Below are positions 1 to 7,834 of a DNA stretch of 24,000 nucleotides, piece by piece. The DNA lies in contig NZ_JBGCCM010000014.1 of assembly GCF_041262085.1 (NCBI RefSeq), positions 1,120-25,119 on the forward strand, written 5' to 3'. The notes beneath the pieces were generated by a model. It searched no databases. It worked only from the letters and a program-made list of their open reading frames with translations, and was not told the DNA's origin. The first letter of the stretch is position 1. Each line of letters starts with the position of its first letter. A program made the translations under genes and the position numbers. The DNA is from Catenulispora sp. GAS73. GTDB taxonomy: Bacteria; Actinomycetota; Actinomycetes; Streptomycetales; Catenulisporaceae.

Positions 1-813
1 GTCGGTGCCCAGTTCCTCGGTGCCGATGCGGCCCGCGGCGGTGCGGCCGGTGTCCAGGACGATCAGGATCGCGCGGTCGCGCTCCGGGCGCCAGGTGCGG
101 ACCACGACGTCGTAGTGGTCGCCGATGTGGCGGCGGGCGGTGGCGCGCCAGTCGATGGAGCGGACGTCGTCGCCGGCCGTGTAGTCGCGCAGCGAGTCGA
201 ACTCCGTGCCCTGCCCGCGCACCAGTAGTGAGGTGCGGCCGTCGAGCTCGCGCAGGCGCGCCAGGCGCGAGGGGAGATGCCGCCGTGACAGGAACGGCGG
301 TAGGACCCGCACGCGCCAGGGGCTGCGCATCGTGCGCTGCCGCGCCGCCAGGCCGAGGGGGCCGAAGGAGCGGACGCTGACGTGCTCGGCCTGCCGGTCG
401 CCGCGCCGGGTCGGCACCAGGACCGACTCGATCCGCCGACGCTCGCCGGCCGGGATCGTGACCGCGTGGCGGGGCTGCACGATGGTCGGATCGGCCAGCC
501 GGTTCGCCGACCGCGCGACGCCCCGCAACCCTGCCGACGGCGGCCACGCGTCGCGGATCAGGGCCCGCACCCGCCGCCCCGAAGGGTTGGTGACGACCAG
601 CTGCACCCGGGCCGTGGTGCCGAGCCGCACGGTGGTGTCGCCACCGCGCTCGAACTGAAGCGTCCGCACAGGGCCGGCCAACGCGACGTCGACGACGACC
701 CCGACCGCCACGACAGCCGCCACCACCGCGATCCCCACCCACGACGGCAGCACGACGCCCACGAACACCGCGCCGAGTGCCGCGAGAGCGCCGGCACGCC
801 AGGTCAGGGCCAT
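1..813 (-). CDS. DUF58 domain-containing protein (N-terminus complete, C-terminus runs off the window edge)
   Basis: Hand translation of the minus strand from ATG 813..811, with an in-frame TGA at 840..838 just upstream and AGGGG 6 nt before the ATG. It gives [41 protein letters not shown] (two TM helices), then ...[33 protein letters not shown]...[10 protein letters not shown], the classic DUF58 signature. It is missing from the ORF track because there is no stop inside the window. It lies downstream of a MoxR ATPase, the usual pairing. Confidence 0.85.
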   Translation of the reverse strand, partial: MALTWRAGALAALGAVFVGVVLPSWVGIAVVAAVVAVGVVVDVALAGPVRTLQFERGGDTTVRLGTTARVQLVVTNPSGRRVRALIRDAWPPSAGLRGVARSANRLADPTIVQPRHAVTIPAGERRRIESVLVPTRRGDRQAEHVSVRSFGPLGLAARQRTMRSPWRVRVLPPFLSRRHLPSRLARLRELDGRTSLLVRGQGTEFDSLRDYTAGDDVRSIDWRATARRHIGDHYDVVVRTWRPERDRAILIVLDTGRTAAGRIGTEELGTD

Positions 814-1065
814 GAGAGTGCCCCTGGTGAGAGGACGTCAGCGGCCGCGACCTCACGGATCGCGGCTCGTTCGCAGGCGGCCGCCATGTCGGCCGCGGCC
901 GCGCCCGCGCGCCCAAAAGTAAAGCCGCATCGGTGTTGGGTACCCATTGCGAATCGCGCCTTGGAGCCAGGCGCGCATGAGTACTCCGCCTCCGCCAAGC
1001 ATCTGCACAGCACTACGCGCACGTATTGCTGCTCCGCCGCGCCCACCATCGCCATCACCCGCCGC

Positions 1066-2115
1066 CTACCGAGGCACCGGAACCGCACCGAGCACCGCGT
1101 CCAGCACCCCGTCGGCCGTCCCGCCCTCCATCTCCGCCTCGGCGCGCAGCCGCACCCGGTGCCGCAGCGTCGGCTTCGCCAGCGCCTGTACGTCGTCCGG
1201 CGTCACGTAGCCGCGCCCCGCGAGCCAGGCCCACGAGCGCGCCGTGTTCAGCAGTGCTGTGGCGCCGCGCGGCGAGACGCCCAGCGACAGCGACGGCGAC
1301 ACGCGCGTGGCGCGGGCCAGGTCGGCGATGTAGCCCAGCACGTCGCGGCTGACCGTCACCTTTCGGGCCGCGGCCCGGGCCGCAGCCAGGTCCGCGCGGC
1401 CGGCCACCGGCCGGACGCCGGCCGCGTCCAGGTCGCGCGGGTCGAAGCCGTTGGCGTGCCGGTCCAGGATGCCGATCTCCTCGTCACGGCCGGGGAGCGG
1501 CAGCACCAGTTTCAACAGGAAGCGGTCCAGCTGTGCCTCCGGGAGCGGGTACGTGCCCTCGAACTCGACCGGGTTCTGCGTCGCGGCCACGAGGAACACC
1601 TCGGGGAGCGGTCGCGGTCGACCGTCGACGGTGACCTGCCGCTCCTCCATCGCTTCCAGCAGCGAGGCCTGCGTCTTCGGGGGAGTGCGGTTGATCTCGT
1701 CGGCGAGCAGCAGGTTCGTGAAGACCGGGCCCTCGCGGAACGAGAACTCCGCGGTCCGGCTGTCGAACACCGCCGACCCCGTCACGTCCCCCGGCATCAG
1801 GTCCGGGGTGAACTGCACGCGCTTGGAGTCCAGCGCCAGCGCCGCCGCCAGCGAGCGCACGAGCAGCGTCTTCGCGACGCCCGGCACGCCCTCCAGCAGC
1901 ACGTGCCCGCCCGACAGCAGCGCGATGACCAGTCCGGTGACCGCCGAGTCCTGGCCGACCACGGCCTTGGCGACCTCGGTGCGCACCGCCAAGAGCGCCG
2001 TGCGGGCGGCCTCGGGGTTGACGGAACCCGACACGGATTCTGATGCCGAGGTTTGTCCGAAGCCTCCGAACCCCCCGAAACCTCCCAGGCCGGATGCCGG
2101 GTCCTGCTGCGTCAT
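1066..2115 (-). CDS. MoxR-family AAA+ ATPase
   Basis: ORF 1066..3252 trimmed to ATG 2115..2113 (MTQQDPAS...), with GGAG 6 nt upstream. Walker A is [11 protein letters not shown], Walker B is LLLADEINR, followed by [22 protein letters not shown], typical of MoxR/AAA_3. The remaining upstream part of the track ORF is Arg/Gly-rich and overlaps the DUF4350 gene in another frame. Length 349 aa. Confidence 0.93.
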   Translation of the reverse strand: MTQQDPASGLGGFGGFGGFGQTSASESVSGSVNPEAARTALLAVRTEVAKAVVGQDSAVTGLVIALLSGGHVLLEGVPGVAKTLLVRSLAAALALDSKRVQFTPDLMPGDVTGSAVFDSRTAEFSFREGPVFTNLLLADEINRTPPKTQASLLEAMEERQVTVDGRPRPLPEVFLVAATQNPVEFEGTYPLPEAQLDRFLLKLVLPLPGRDEEIGILDRHANGFDPRDLDAAGVRPVAGRADLAAARAAARKVTVSRDVLGYIADLARATRVSPSLSLGVSPRGATALLNTARSWAWLAGRGYVTPDDVQALAKPTLRHRVRLRAEAEMEGGTADGVLDAVLGAVPVPR

Positions 2116-2135
2116 CTCGCTCTCCTGTCCCTCGT

Positions 2136-3269
2136 TCACAGCCGCCCGACCTCGGCTTCCAGCCGGTCCAGCGCCGAAGCCAATCCCACCAGCCCCGCGT
2201 CGTCCGCGGGTACCGCCCCCGCCAGCACCGCCAGCGTCGCCCCGGCCTCGGGCCCGCCGCGCGCCGCGATCGCCGCCGCGATGTCGCCCACCGCGGCCGC
2301 GCGCGGCAGCCCCAGCCGCGCGGCCAGCCGCGAGCGTGTCGCCTCGCGCAGCGCCCCGGTGGCCCGGTCGGTCACCTTGCCACGTTCGTACAGCCGCGCG
2401 CGGCCCTCGACCGTCTCGGCCGCGCGCACCGCCACCGGCATCCGCTCGGCGACGACCGGACCCAGCCGCCGGGCCTGCCACAGCGCCAGCAGCGCGATCG
2501 CCAGCACCATCGTCAGGGCGCCCCAGCGCCAGCCGGCCGGCAGCACCGCCGTGAAGCTCTTCTGTCCCGACGCCGTCGCGCCCGGGTCCGCGCCGTCCGG
2601 CAGGTACCACACGACCGTCGGGTGCTTGCCGAGGAGCCGCAGCGCCAGGGCCGCGTTGCCGTGGTCGGCGAGGCGGTCGTTGCGGAACGGCGTGCGGCTG
2701 CCGACCAGCACCGTGTCGTTCGACGACGGCCCGGCCGCGGTGGCCAGCGCGTACCCGCCGGGCACCGCATAGCACCCGCTCGTCAGGCCGCTGAAAACCT
2801 CGGCGTCGCCGATGTCGGCGTTCCCGGCCGCCGTCGCGTCGGCGTCCGGGCACCCCGGATCGACCAGCCCCGAGCCCTCGGGCGGCGTGTCCACCCGGGC
2901 CGTCTGCGTGGTCAGCAGGCGCGCCGACTCCGGATCCGGCTGCACCACCACCAGCCGCGCCACCGGTGTCGAGGCCAGCGTGTCGATCTGGAGCAGGGTC
3001 AGCAGTCCCGGATCGGTGACGAGCAGCGTCGCGTCGCCCTGCGCGCCCTGGACCGCGGCCAGCGCGTCGGCGGTGGTCCGGGCCGGTGTGACCGTGACGC
3101 CGCGGTCGCGCAGCAGGGAGGCCAGAGCCCGGCCGCCGTCGGGGGACGCGGAGTCCGGATCGAGTGTCCCGCCGCCGTTCCCGCCGCTGACGATCGCGGT
3201 GACCAGGGCCCCGAGTAGCAGGACGGCGAGCGCGGCCACCGGCCAGCGCCACGCCCGCAGCGTCGTCAT
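2136..3269 (-). CDS. DUF4350-like membrane-anchored protein
   Basis: ORF 2136..3269 (377 aa). It has an N-terminal signal/TM (WRWPVAALAVLLLGALVTAIV) and a second TM near residue 245 (GALTMVLAIALLALW). Its ATG overlaps the upstream gene's stop (ATGA at 3266-3269) and its stop lies 20 nt before the moxR start. The family call rests on architecture and its conserved position in MoxR/DUF58 clusters. Confidence 0.75.
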   Translation of the reverse strand: MTTLRAWRWPVAALAVLLLGALVTAIVSGGNGGGTLDPDSASPDGGRALASLLRDRGVTVTPARTTADALAAVQGAQGDATLLVTDPGLLTLLQIDTLASTPVARLVVVQPDPESARLLTTQTARVDTPPEGSGLVDPGCPDADATAAGNADIGDAEVFSGLTSGCYAVPGGYALATAAGPSSNDTVLVGSRTPFRNDRLADHGNAALALRLLGKHPTVVWYLPDGADPGATASGQKSFTAVLPAGWRWGALTMVLAIALLALWQARRLGPVVAERMPVAVRAAETVEGRARLYERGKVTDRATGALREATRSRLAARLGLPRAAAVGDIAAAIAARGGPEAGATLAVLAGAVPADDAGLVGLASALDRLEAEVGRL

Positions 3270-4015
3270 CGCGGCTCCGACGGGTCCCGGCGGCCGGCCG
3301 GGGTCTCAGAGAGCTGCGGCAGGTCGCCGGCCAGGGGCGCCCCGGCCGCGCTGCTGACGCGCACCCGCGCCGCCGCGACCGCGTCGTCGACGGCCACCAG
3401 CCGCTGGTAGTCGTCGGGCCCGGCCGCGCTCTGGCCGTACCAGATGTCGTCGAAGACCCGCGCCGCGGCGAGCAGCGCCGGCGCCTGGTCCGGCAGCAGC
3501 GCCCCGGCTTCGCGCGCCGCCACGTCGGCGGTCCGTCCCGGCCTCGGATCGAGGACCGCCCGCTCTTCCAGCGCCGCGATGACCGCCCGCAGCCGGGCCC
3601 GCACGGCCTCGGCCCAGCGTCCGCCGGCCGCGTGCTCCTCGGCCGTGCGCCGGTAGCCGGCCGCGTCCATCGGGGCGGCCTCGTCGAACAGCGCCTGGTC
3701 GGCCGTGACCCGCCGCCGCATCGGCCCGTAGCGCCGCCGGATCACCACCACGGCCACCACCAGCAGTACCAGGACGACCAGCACGGCGGCCCAGCCCTGG
3801 CCTCCGCCCCCGCCCGAGCCGGTGCCGAAGATCTTGTCCCATAGGATGCCGATCTCGTGGCCGAGCCAGTCCAGGGCGCGCTTGGTGAGCGTGGGCCGGG
3901 CGTGCGCGTAGACCGGTTTGGCCAGCTCGTCAGCGGCCGCGCGGTGTGCCTCGTCGCGGCCGACAGTGATCGGTACGCCGGGCGGTGGCGTGACCGGGGC
4001 CCCCGGATCGGTCAC
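3266..4015 (-). CDS. DUF4129 domain-containing protein
   Basis: ORF 3266..5254 trimmed to the in-frame GTG at 4015..4013, which overlaps the upstream gene's TGA (GTGA overlap at 4012-4015). The product is VTDPGAPV...ELAKPVYAHARPTLTKRALDWLGHEI..., a Gly run, a TM helix (WAAVLVVLVLLVVAVVVI), and a C-terminal ...AAARVFDDIWYG... pattern typical of DUF4129. The longer track ORF upstream is an out-of-frame overlap with the membrane protein gene. Confidence 0.75.
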   Translation of the reverse strand: MTDPGAPVTPPPGVPITVGRDEAHRAAADELAKPVYAHARPTLTKRALDWLGHEIGILWDKIFGTGSGGGGGQGWAAVLVVLVLLVVAVVVIRRRYGPMRRRVTADQALFDEAAPMDAAGYRRTAEEHAAGGRWAEAVRARLRAVIAALEERAVLDPRPGRTADVAAREAGALLPDQAPALLAAARVFDDIWYGQSAAGPDDYQRLVAVDDAVAAARVRVSSAAGAPLAGDLPQLSETPAGRRDPSEPR

Positions 4016-5178
4016 GCGGCCGGGCCGTTCCCCGGCTCCGGGCCGCCGCCGGGCGCCGTGCCGACCGCCCCCGCACCGGCCGCCGTGCCTGCCGCGCCCG
4101 CCGAGCCGTCCCGCCGAGCCCGCGCGCTCATCGCCAGCTGGATGTCCAACCCCTCGCGCCGCATCCGCCGGTCCACGTACTGCAGCGCCATCACCGACGC
4201 GGCGAACGGCGACACCACCGCCTGGATCCCCGCCGAGAACAACGCCCCGAGGAACACGTACATCAGCGAGACATGGTGTCCGGAATACGTCCCGTCCCCG
4301 TTGTCGCTCACCGGGCTCAGGTTCGAGCCCACGACCACCTGCTGCACCACCGAGAACACCAAGGCGACCATCTCGGCCACCAGCAGCCCCAGCAGCGAGA
4401 CTCCCAGCACCCGCCACCAGCCGCCCTTGACCAGCGTCGAGGACCGCTTCAGCGCACGCCGCACCGGCTGATCCTCCAGGACCAGCGCGGCCGCGGCCAG
4501 CGACCACGCCACCCACCGGTTGACGGCCAGCGCCGCCGCGCCGCCGAGCCCGAGCAGCAGCACCAGGGCCGCGGCCGGGCTCCCGGCGGCGGCCAGCAGC
4601 AGGCCGGGGAGCATCCCCAGGGCCAGCACCCCGAACAGGACGATGAAGATCACCAGCGAGAGCCCGAGCAGCCGGGGCAGCCGCGGCCGGGTCTGCGCCC
4701 AGACCTCGCCCAGCGTCACCGGCCGGCCCAATACCGCCCGCGCCACCGCGGTGGTCAGCAGCCCGACCAGCAGCGAGACGATCAGCGCGTTCAGCAGCAC
4801 GCCGGGCCGCAGCAGCGCCAGGTCGTTGATCCCGGTGCCGCTGCCGAGCGTGGTGTTGCCGTTGACCAGTCCGGCCAGGAAGTGCAGATAGAGATAGTCC
4901 AGCGGGATCGCCACCGCCTGCCCGAGCGCGACCACCAGGGCCGACAGCCCGAGTATGACGCCGGGATAGGTGCGCATGGCGGTCACGGCGCCGTCGAGGA
5001 TTTCCCCGGCTTGCAAAGGGCGCAGCGGGACGACTCCCCGGCCGAGGCCGGCCGGCGTGTACGCCGTACCAGGGTCGCCGACAGGCGCGTTCACTCCGGT
5101 GAGTTGGCTCATGGGCTGCGTGGACGCTTCTTCCTCGGGCGCGGACCGGCTCTCTGCCGGGAGTGTGCACCCCAGCAT
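4012..5178 (-). CDS. Polytopic integral membrane protein (resembles GDPD-membrane-domain/DUF975-like family)
   Basis: ORF 4012..5178 (388 aa) with about 6-7 hydrophobic helices, high GC3 and an Ala/Gly/Pro-rich C-terminal tail. It is the first gene of the minus-strand operon. The start is uncertain: ATG 5178 has no SD and may be leaderless, while ATG 5112 (MSQLTG...) is an in-frame alternative. GC3 stays high between the two candidates, which favours 5178. Confidence 0.7.
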   Translation of the reverse strand: MLGCTLPAESRSAPEEEASTQPMSQLTGVNAPVGDPGTAYTPAGLGRGVVPLRPLQAGEILDGAVTAMRTYPGVILGLSALVVALGQAVAIPLDYLYLHFLAGLVNGNTTLGSGTGINDLALLRPGVLLNALIVSLLVGLLTTAVARAVLGRPVTLGEVWAQTRPRLPRLLGLSLVIFIVLFGVLALGMLPGLLLAAAGSPAAALVLLLGLGGAAALAVNRWVAWSLAAAALVLEDQPVRRALKRSSTLVKGGWWRVLGVSLLGLLVAEMVALVFSVVQQVVVGSNLSPVSDNGDGTYSGHHVSLMYVFLGALFSAGIQAVVSPFAASVMALQYVDRRMRREGLDIQLAMSARARRDGSAGAAGTAAGAGAVGTAPGGGPEPGNGPAA

Positions 5179-5283
5179 GCAGGGAGCCGTGAGGACGGCG
5201 CCACCCCCGCACCAACACCCGTGATCCTTCCCAGTGGCACCGGGGATTCACCAAAAGCAGAAAGTAATGCGACGATAGTCCGC

Positions 5284-5961
5284 ATGAAAGGTCGTGTCCT
5301 CATCGTCGACGATGACATAGCCCTGTCCGAGATGCTGGGCATCGCCCTGCGCGGCGAGGGCTTCGAGACCACGTCCGTCGCCGACGGTGACCGGGCACTG
5401 CAGGTCTTCCGTGATTTCAAGCCGGACCTGGTCCTGCTTGACCTGATGTTGCCCGGACGCGACGGAATCGACGTGTGCCGCCTGATCCGCGGCGAGTCCG
5501 GGGTCCCGATCATCATGCTCACCGCCAAGAGCGACACGGTCGACGTGGTGGTCGGCCTGGAGTCCGGGGCCGACGACTATGTGATCAAGCCGTTCAAGGT
5601 CAAGGAGCTGGTGGCCCGGGTGCGCGCCCGGCTGCGCCGCGCCGACGAGCCCAAGCCCGAGACCCTGGCCATCGGCGACCTGTCGATCGACGTGGCCGGC
5701 CACTCGGTCAAGCGCGACGGCCGGCAGATCCCGCTCACCCCGCTGGAGTTCGACCTGCTGGTCGCGCTGGCCCGCAAGCCCTGGCAGGTGTTCACCCGCG
5801 AGGTGCTGCTGGAGCAGGTCTGGGGCTACCGGCACGCCGCGGACACCCGGCTGGTGAACGTGCACGTCCAGCGGCTGCGCAGCAAGATCGAGGTCGACCC
5901 GGAGAACCCGGAGATCGTGGTCACCGTGCGCGGGGTGGGTTACAAAGCCGGTCCGGCTTAA
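5284..5961 (+). CDS. mtrA: OmpR-family response regulator MtrA
   Basis: ATG 5284 inside track ORF 4273..5961. The product MKGRVLIVDDDIALSEMLG...DLVLLDLMLPGRDG...LTAKSDTVDVVVGLESGADDYVIKPF...PLEFDLLVALARKPWQVFTREVLLEQVWGYRHAADTRLVNVHVQRLRSKIE...VTVRGVGYKAGP is near-identical in pattern to actinobacterial MtrA. It is followed by mtrB and lpqB. Confidence 0.96.
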   Translation: MKGRVLIVDDDIALSEMLGIALRGEGFETTSVADGDRALQVFRDFKPDLVLLDLMLPGRDGIDVCRLIRGESGVPIIMLTAKSDTVDVVVGLESGADDYVIKPFKVKELVARVRARLRRADEPKPETLAIGDLSIDVAGHSVKRDGRQIPLTPLEFDLLVALARKPWQVFTREVLLEQVWGYRHAADTRLVNVHVQRLRSKIEVDPENPEIVVTVRGVGYKAGPA

Positions 5962-5977
5962 CGGCACGGGGAAGTAG

Positions 5978-7834
5978 ATGCGGGTCTCGAAGTTCACCGG
6001 CGGTGCCCGGCGTTTCGGCCGCGCCGTCCTGGAACTGCCCGGGACCTGGCGCGGCTCGCTGCAGTTGCGCGTGGTGTCGCTCACCCTGCTGCTGTCGATC
6101 GTCATCGCCTTCGTGCTGGGCTGGATGCTGAACAACAAGATCCGCGACGGTCTGGTGCAGGCCAAGGAGAGCTCGTCGCTGGCCATGGCCAGCAGCGGCT
6201 TCAGCGAGGCGGGCGCCTCGATCACGGCCGCCGCCGAGACCATCCGGCAGAACAATCCGAACGCCGCCGTCGGTGCCAACGCGTCCAACAACCTGCAGTA
6301 CGCCGCGTGGGTCAACAGCCTGTTCGCTATCGTCGGGAACCTGTGCAGCGGCGCCAACAGCGACACCTACCAGGTGGTGCTGATATCGTCGGTGCCCAAT
6401 TTCCCGGTCGCCGGCTACACCTGCGGCGGGATCCAGCACCAGAGCATCCAGCAGGCGCTCAAGGACAAACTGCAGGTCTACGGCTCCCCGGACGGTTTCC
6501 AGGTCCAGTACCAGACCACCGAACTCGAGTACGGTCCGCAGACCGCCGGCGGCGGGATCGTCGAGCTCGCCTCCACGCCGGGTGACGCCGGTACCGGCCC
6601 CGCCGTGGCCGGCCACAAGACCCCGGGCCTGCTGTACGGCGCCTCGTTCCCGTTGGGCGAGCTGGGTACGGTCCAGCTGTACTACGCATTCCCCTTCACC
6701 ACCGAGAGCGACGCGCTCAACTTCGACAACGAGATGATCGTGATCGCCGGCGCGGTGCTGGTGCTGGCCCTGGCCGGGGTCGCCTGGTTCGTCACGCGCC
6801 TGGTGGTGACCCCGGTCCGGCAGGCCGCCGGGATCGCCGAACGGCTCGCCGACGGCAAGTTCGACGAGCGGATGCGGGTGCGCGGCGAGGACGACCTGGC
6901 CCGGCTGGCCACCTCCTTCAACACCATGGCCGGCAACCTGCAGCGGCAGATCCGCAAGCTGGAGGAGCTCTCGCGGGTCCAGCGCCGGTTCGTCTCCGAC
7001 GTCTCGCACGAGCTGCGCACGCCGCTGACCACGGTCCGGATGGCCGCCGACGTCCTGCACGACGCCCGCGACGACTTCTCCGGCCCGACCGCGCGCTCGG
7101 CCGAACTGCTGCAGACCCAGCTGGACCGGTTCGAGGAGCTGCTCGGCGACCTGCTGGAGATCAGCCGGTTCGACGCCGGGGCCGCGGTACTGGACGCCGA
7201 GCCGGTGGACCTGCGCCAGCTGGCGCGCCGGGTGGTCGACAGCAGCCAGGTGCTGGCCGAGCGCAAGGGCTCGGACGTCCGGATCGTGGCGCCGGACCGG
7301 CCCTGCGTGGCCGAGATCGACCCGCGGCGCATCGAGCGGATCCTGCGCAACCTGGTGGTCAACGCCATCGAGCACAGCGAGGGCCGGCCGGTGCTGGTCA
7401 AGATCGCCGCCTCCGCCGAGGCGGTCGCGGTCGCGGTGCGCGACTACGGTGTCGGCCTGAAGCCCGGCGAGTCCTCCCTGGTGTTCGGGCGCTTCTGGCG
7501 GGCCGACCCCGCGCGCGCCCGGACCACCGGCGGCACGGGACTGGGCCTGGCGATCTCGCTGGAGGACGCGCACCTGCACCACGGCTGGCTGCAGGCCTGG
7601 GGCGAGCCCGGCGGCGGCTCGCAGTTCCGGCTGACGCTGCCCTGCACCGCCGGCATGGAGCTGGTGCGCTCGCCGATCCCGCTGGAGCCGGACGACTCGC
7701 GCCACCACAAACGCCAGGCCGAGGCCGCGCGCCTGGCCGCCGAGGGCGCCGCGACCGCGCCGCCGCGGCACACCGGCGGCCCGGACCTGACCGGGCTCAC
7801 CGGCCGCGGTACCGACCGGGTGGGGGAGCGCTGA
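5978..7834 (+). CDS. mtrB: Sensor histidine kinase MtrB
   Basis: ORF 5978..7834 with GGGGAAG just upstream. It has two TM helices flanking a ~200-aa extracytoplasmic loop, a HAMP region, an H-box (VSDVSHELRTPLT), an N-box (LRNLVVNAIEHS), G1 (DYGVGL) and G2 (GGTGLGLAI). It starts 16 nt after mtrA, and its stop overlaps the lpqB start (ATGA at 7832-7836). Confidence 0.95.
   Translation: MRVSKFTGGARRFGRAVLELPGTWRGSLQLRVVSLTLLLSIVIAFVLGWMLNNKIRDGLVQAKESSSLAMASSGFSEAGASITAAAETIRQNNPNAAVGANASNNLQYAAWVNSLFAIVGNLCSGANSDTYQVVLISSVPNFPVAGYTCGGIQHQSIQQALKDKLQVYGSPDGFQVQYQTTELEYGPQTAGGGIVELASTPGDAGTGPAVAGHKTPGLLYGASFPLGELGTVQLYYAFPFTTESDALNFDNEMIVIAGAVLVLALAGVAWFVTRLVVTPVRQAAGIAERLADGKFDERMRVRGEDDLARLATSFNTMAGNLQRQIRKLEELSRVQRRFVSDVSHELRTPLTTVRMAADVLHDARDDFSGPTARSAELLQTQLDRFEELLGDLLEISRFDAGAAVLDAEPVDLRQLARRVVDSSQVLAERKGSDVRIVAPDRPCVAEIDPRRIERILRNLVVNAIEHSEGRPVLVKIAASAEAVAVAVRDYGVGLKPGESSLVFGRFWRADPARARTTGGTGLGLAISLEDAHLHHGWLQAWGEPGGGSQFRLTLPCTAGMELVRSPIPLEPDDSRHHKRQAEAARLAAEGAATAPPRHTGGPDLTGLTGRGTDRVGER

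Noticed and set aside
382-2043. 553-aa plus-strand ORF, with similar ones at 206..658, 947..1210 and 1451..2554
   Set aside because: It is antisense or out of frame to the DUF58 and MoxR genes. The translation is Arg/Pro/Gly/His-rich with no motifs. This is a typical shadow ORF in 70% GC DNA, where stop codons are rare.
2116-3252. N-terminal extension of the MoxR ORF (track ORF 1066..3252, 728 aa)
   Set aside because: The extension is Arg/Gly-rich nonsense that overlaps the well-formed DUF4350 gene in another frame. A proper ATG with an SD at 2115 gives a canonical 349-aa MoxR.
4016-5254. N-terminal extension of the DUF4129 ORF (track ORF 3266..5254, 662 aa)
   Set aside because: It overlaps the polytopic membrane protein gene out of frame and has Gly/Arg/Ala-rich composition. 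The GTG at 4015, overlapping the upstream stop, gives a typical ~249-aa DUF4129 protein.
5921-7771. 616-aa minus-strand ORF antisense to mtrB, plus 5248..6366 and 6682..7401
   Set aside because: These are antisense shadows of mtrA/mtrB, whose identity is unambiguous. No domain signatures are present.
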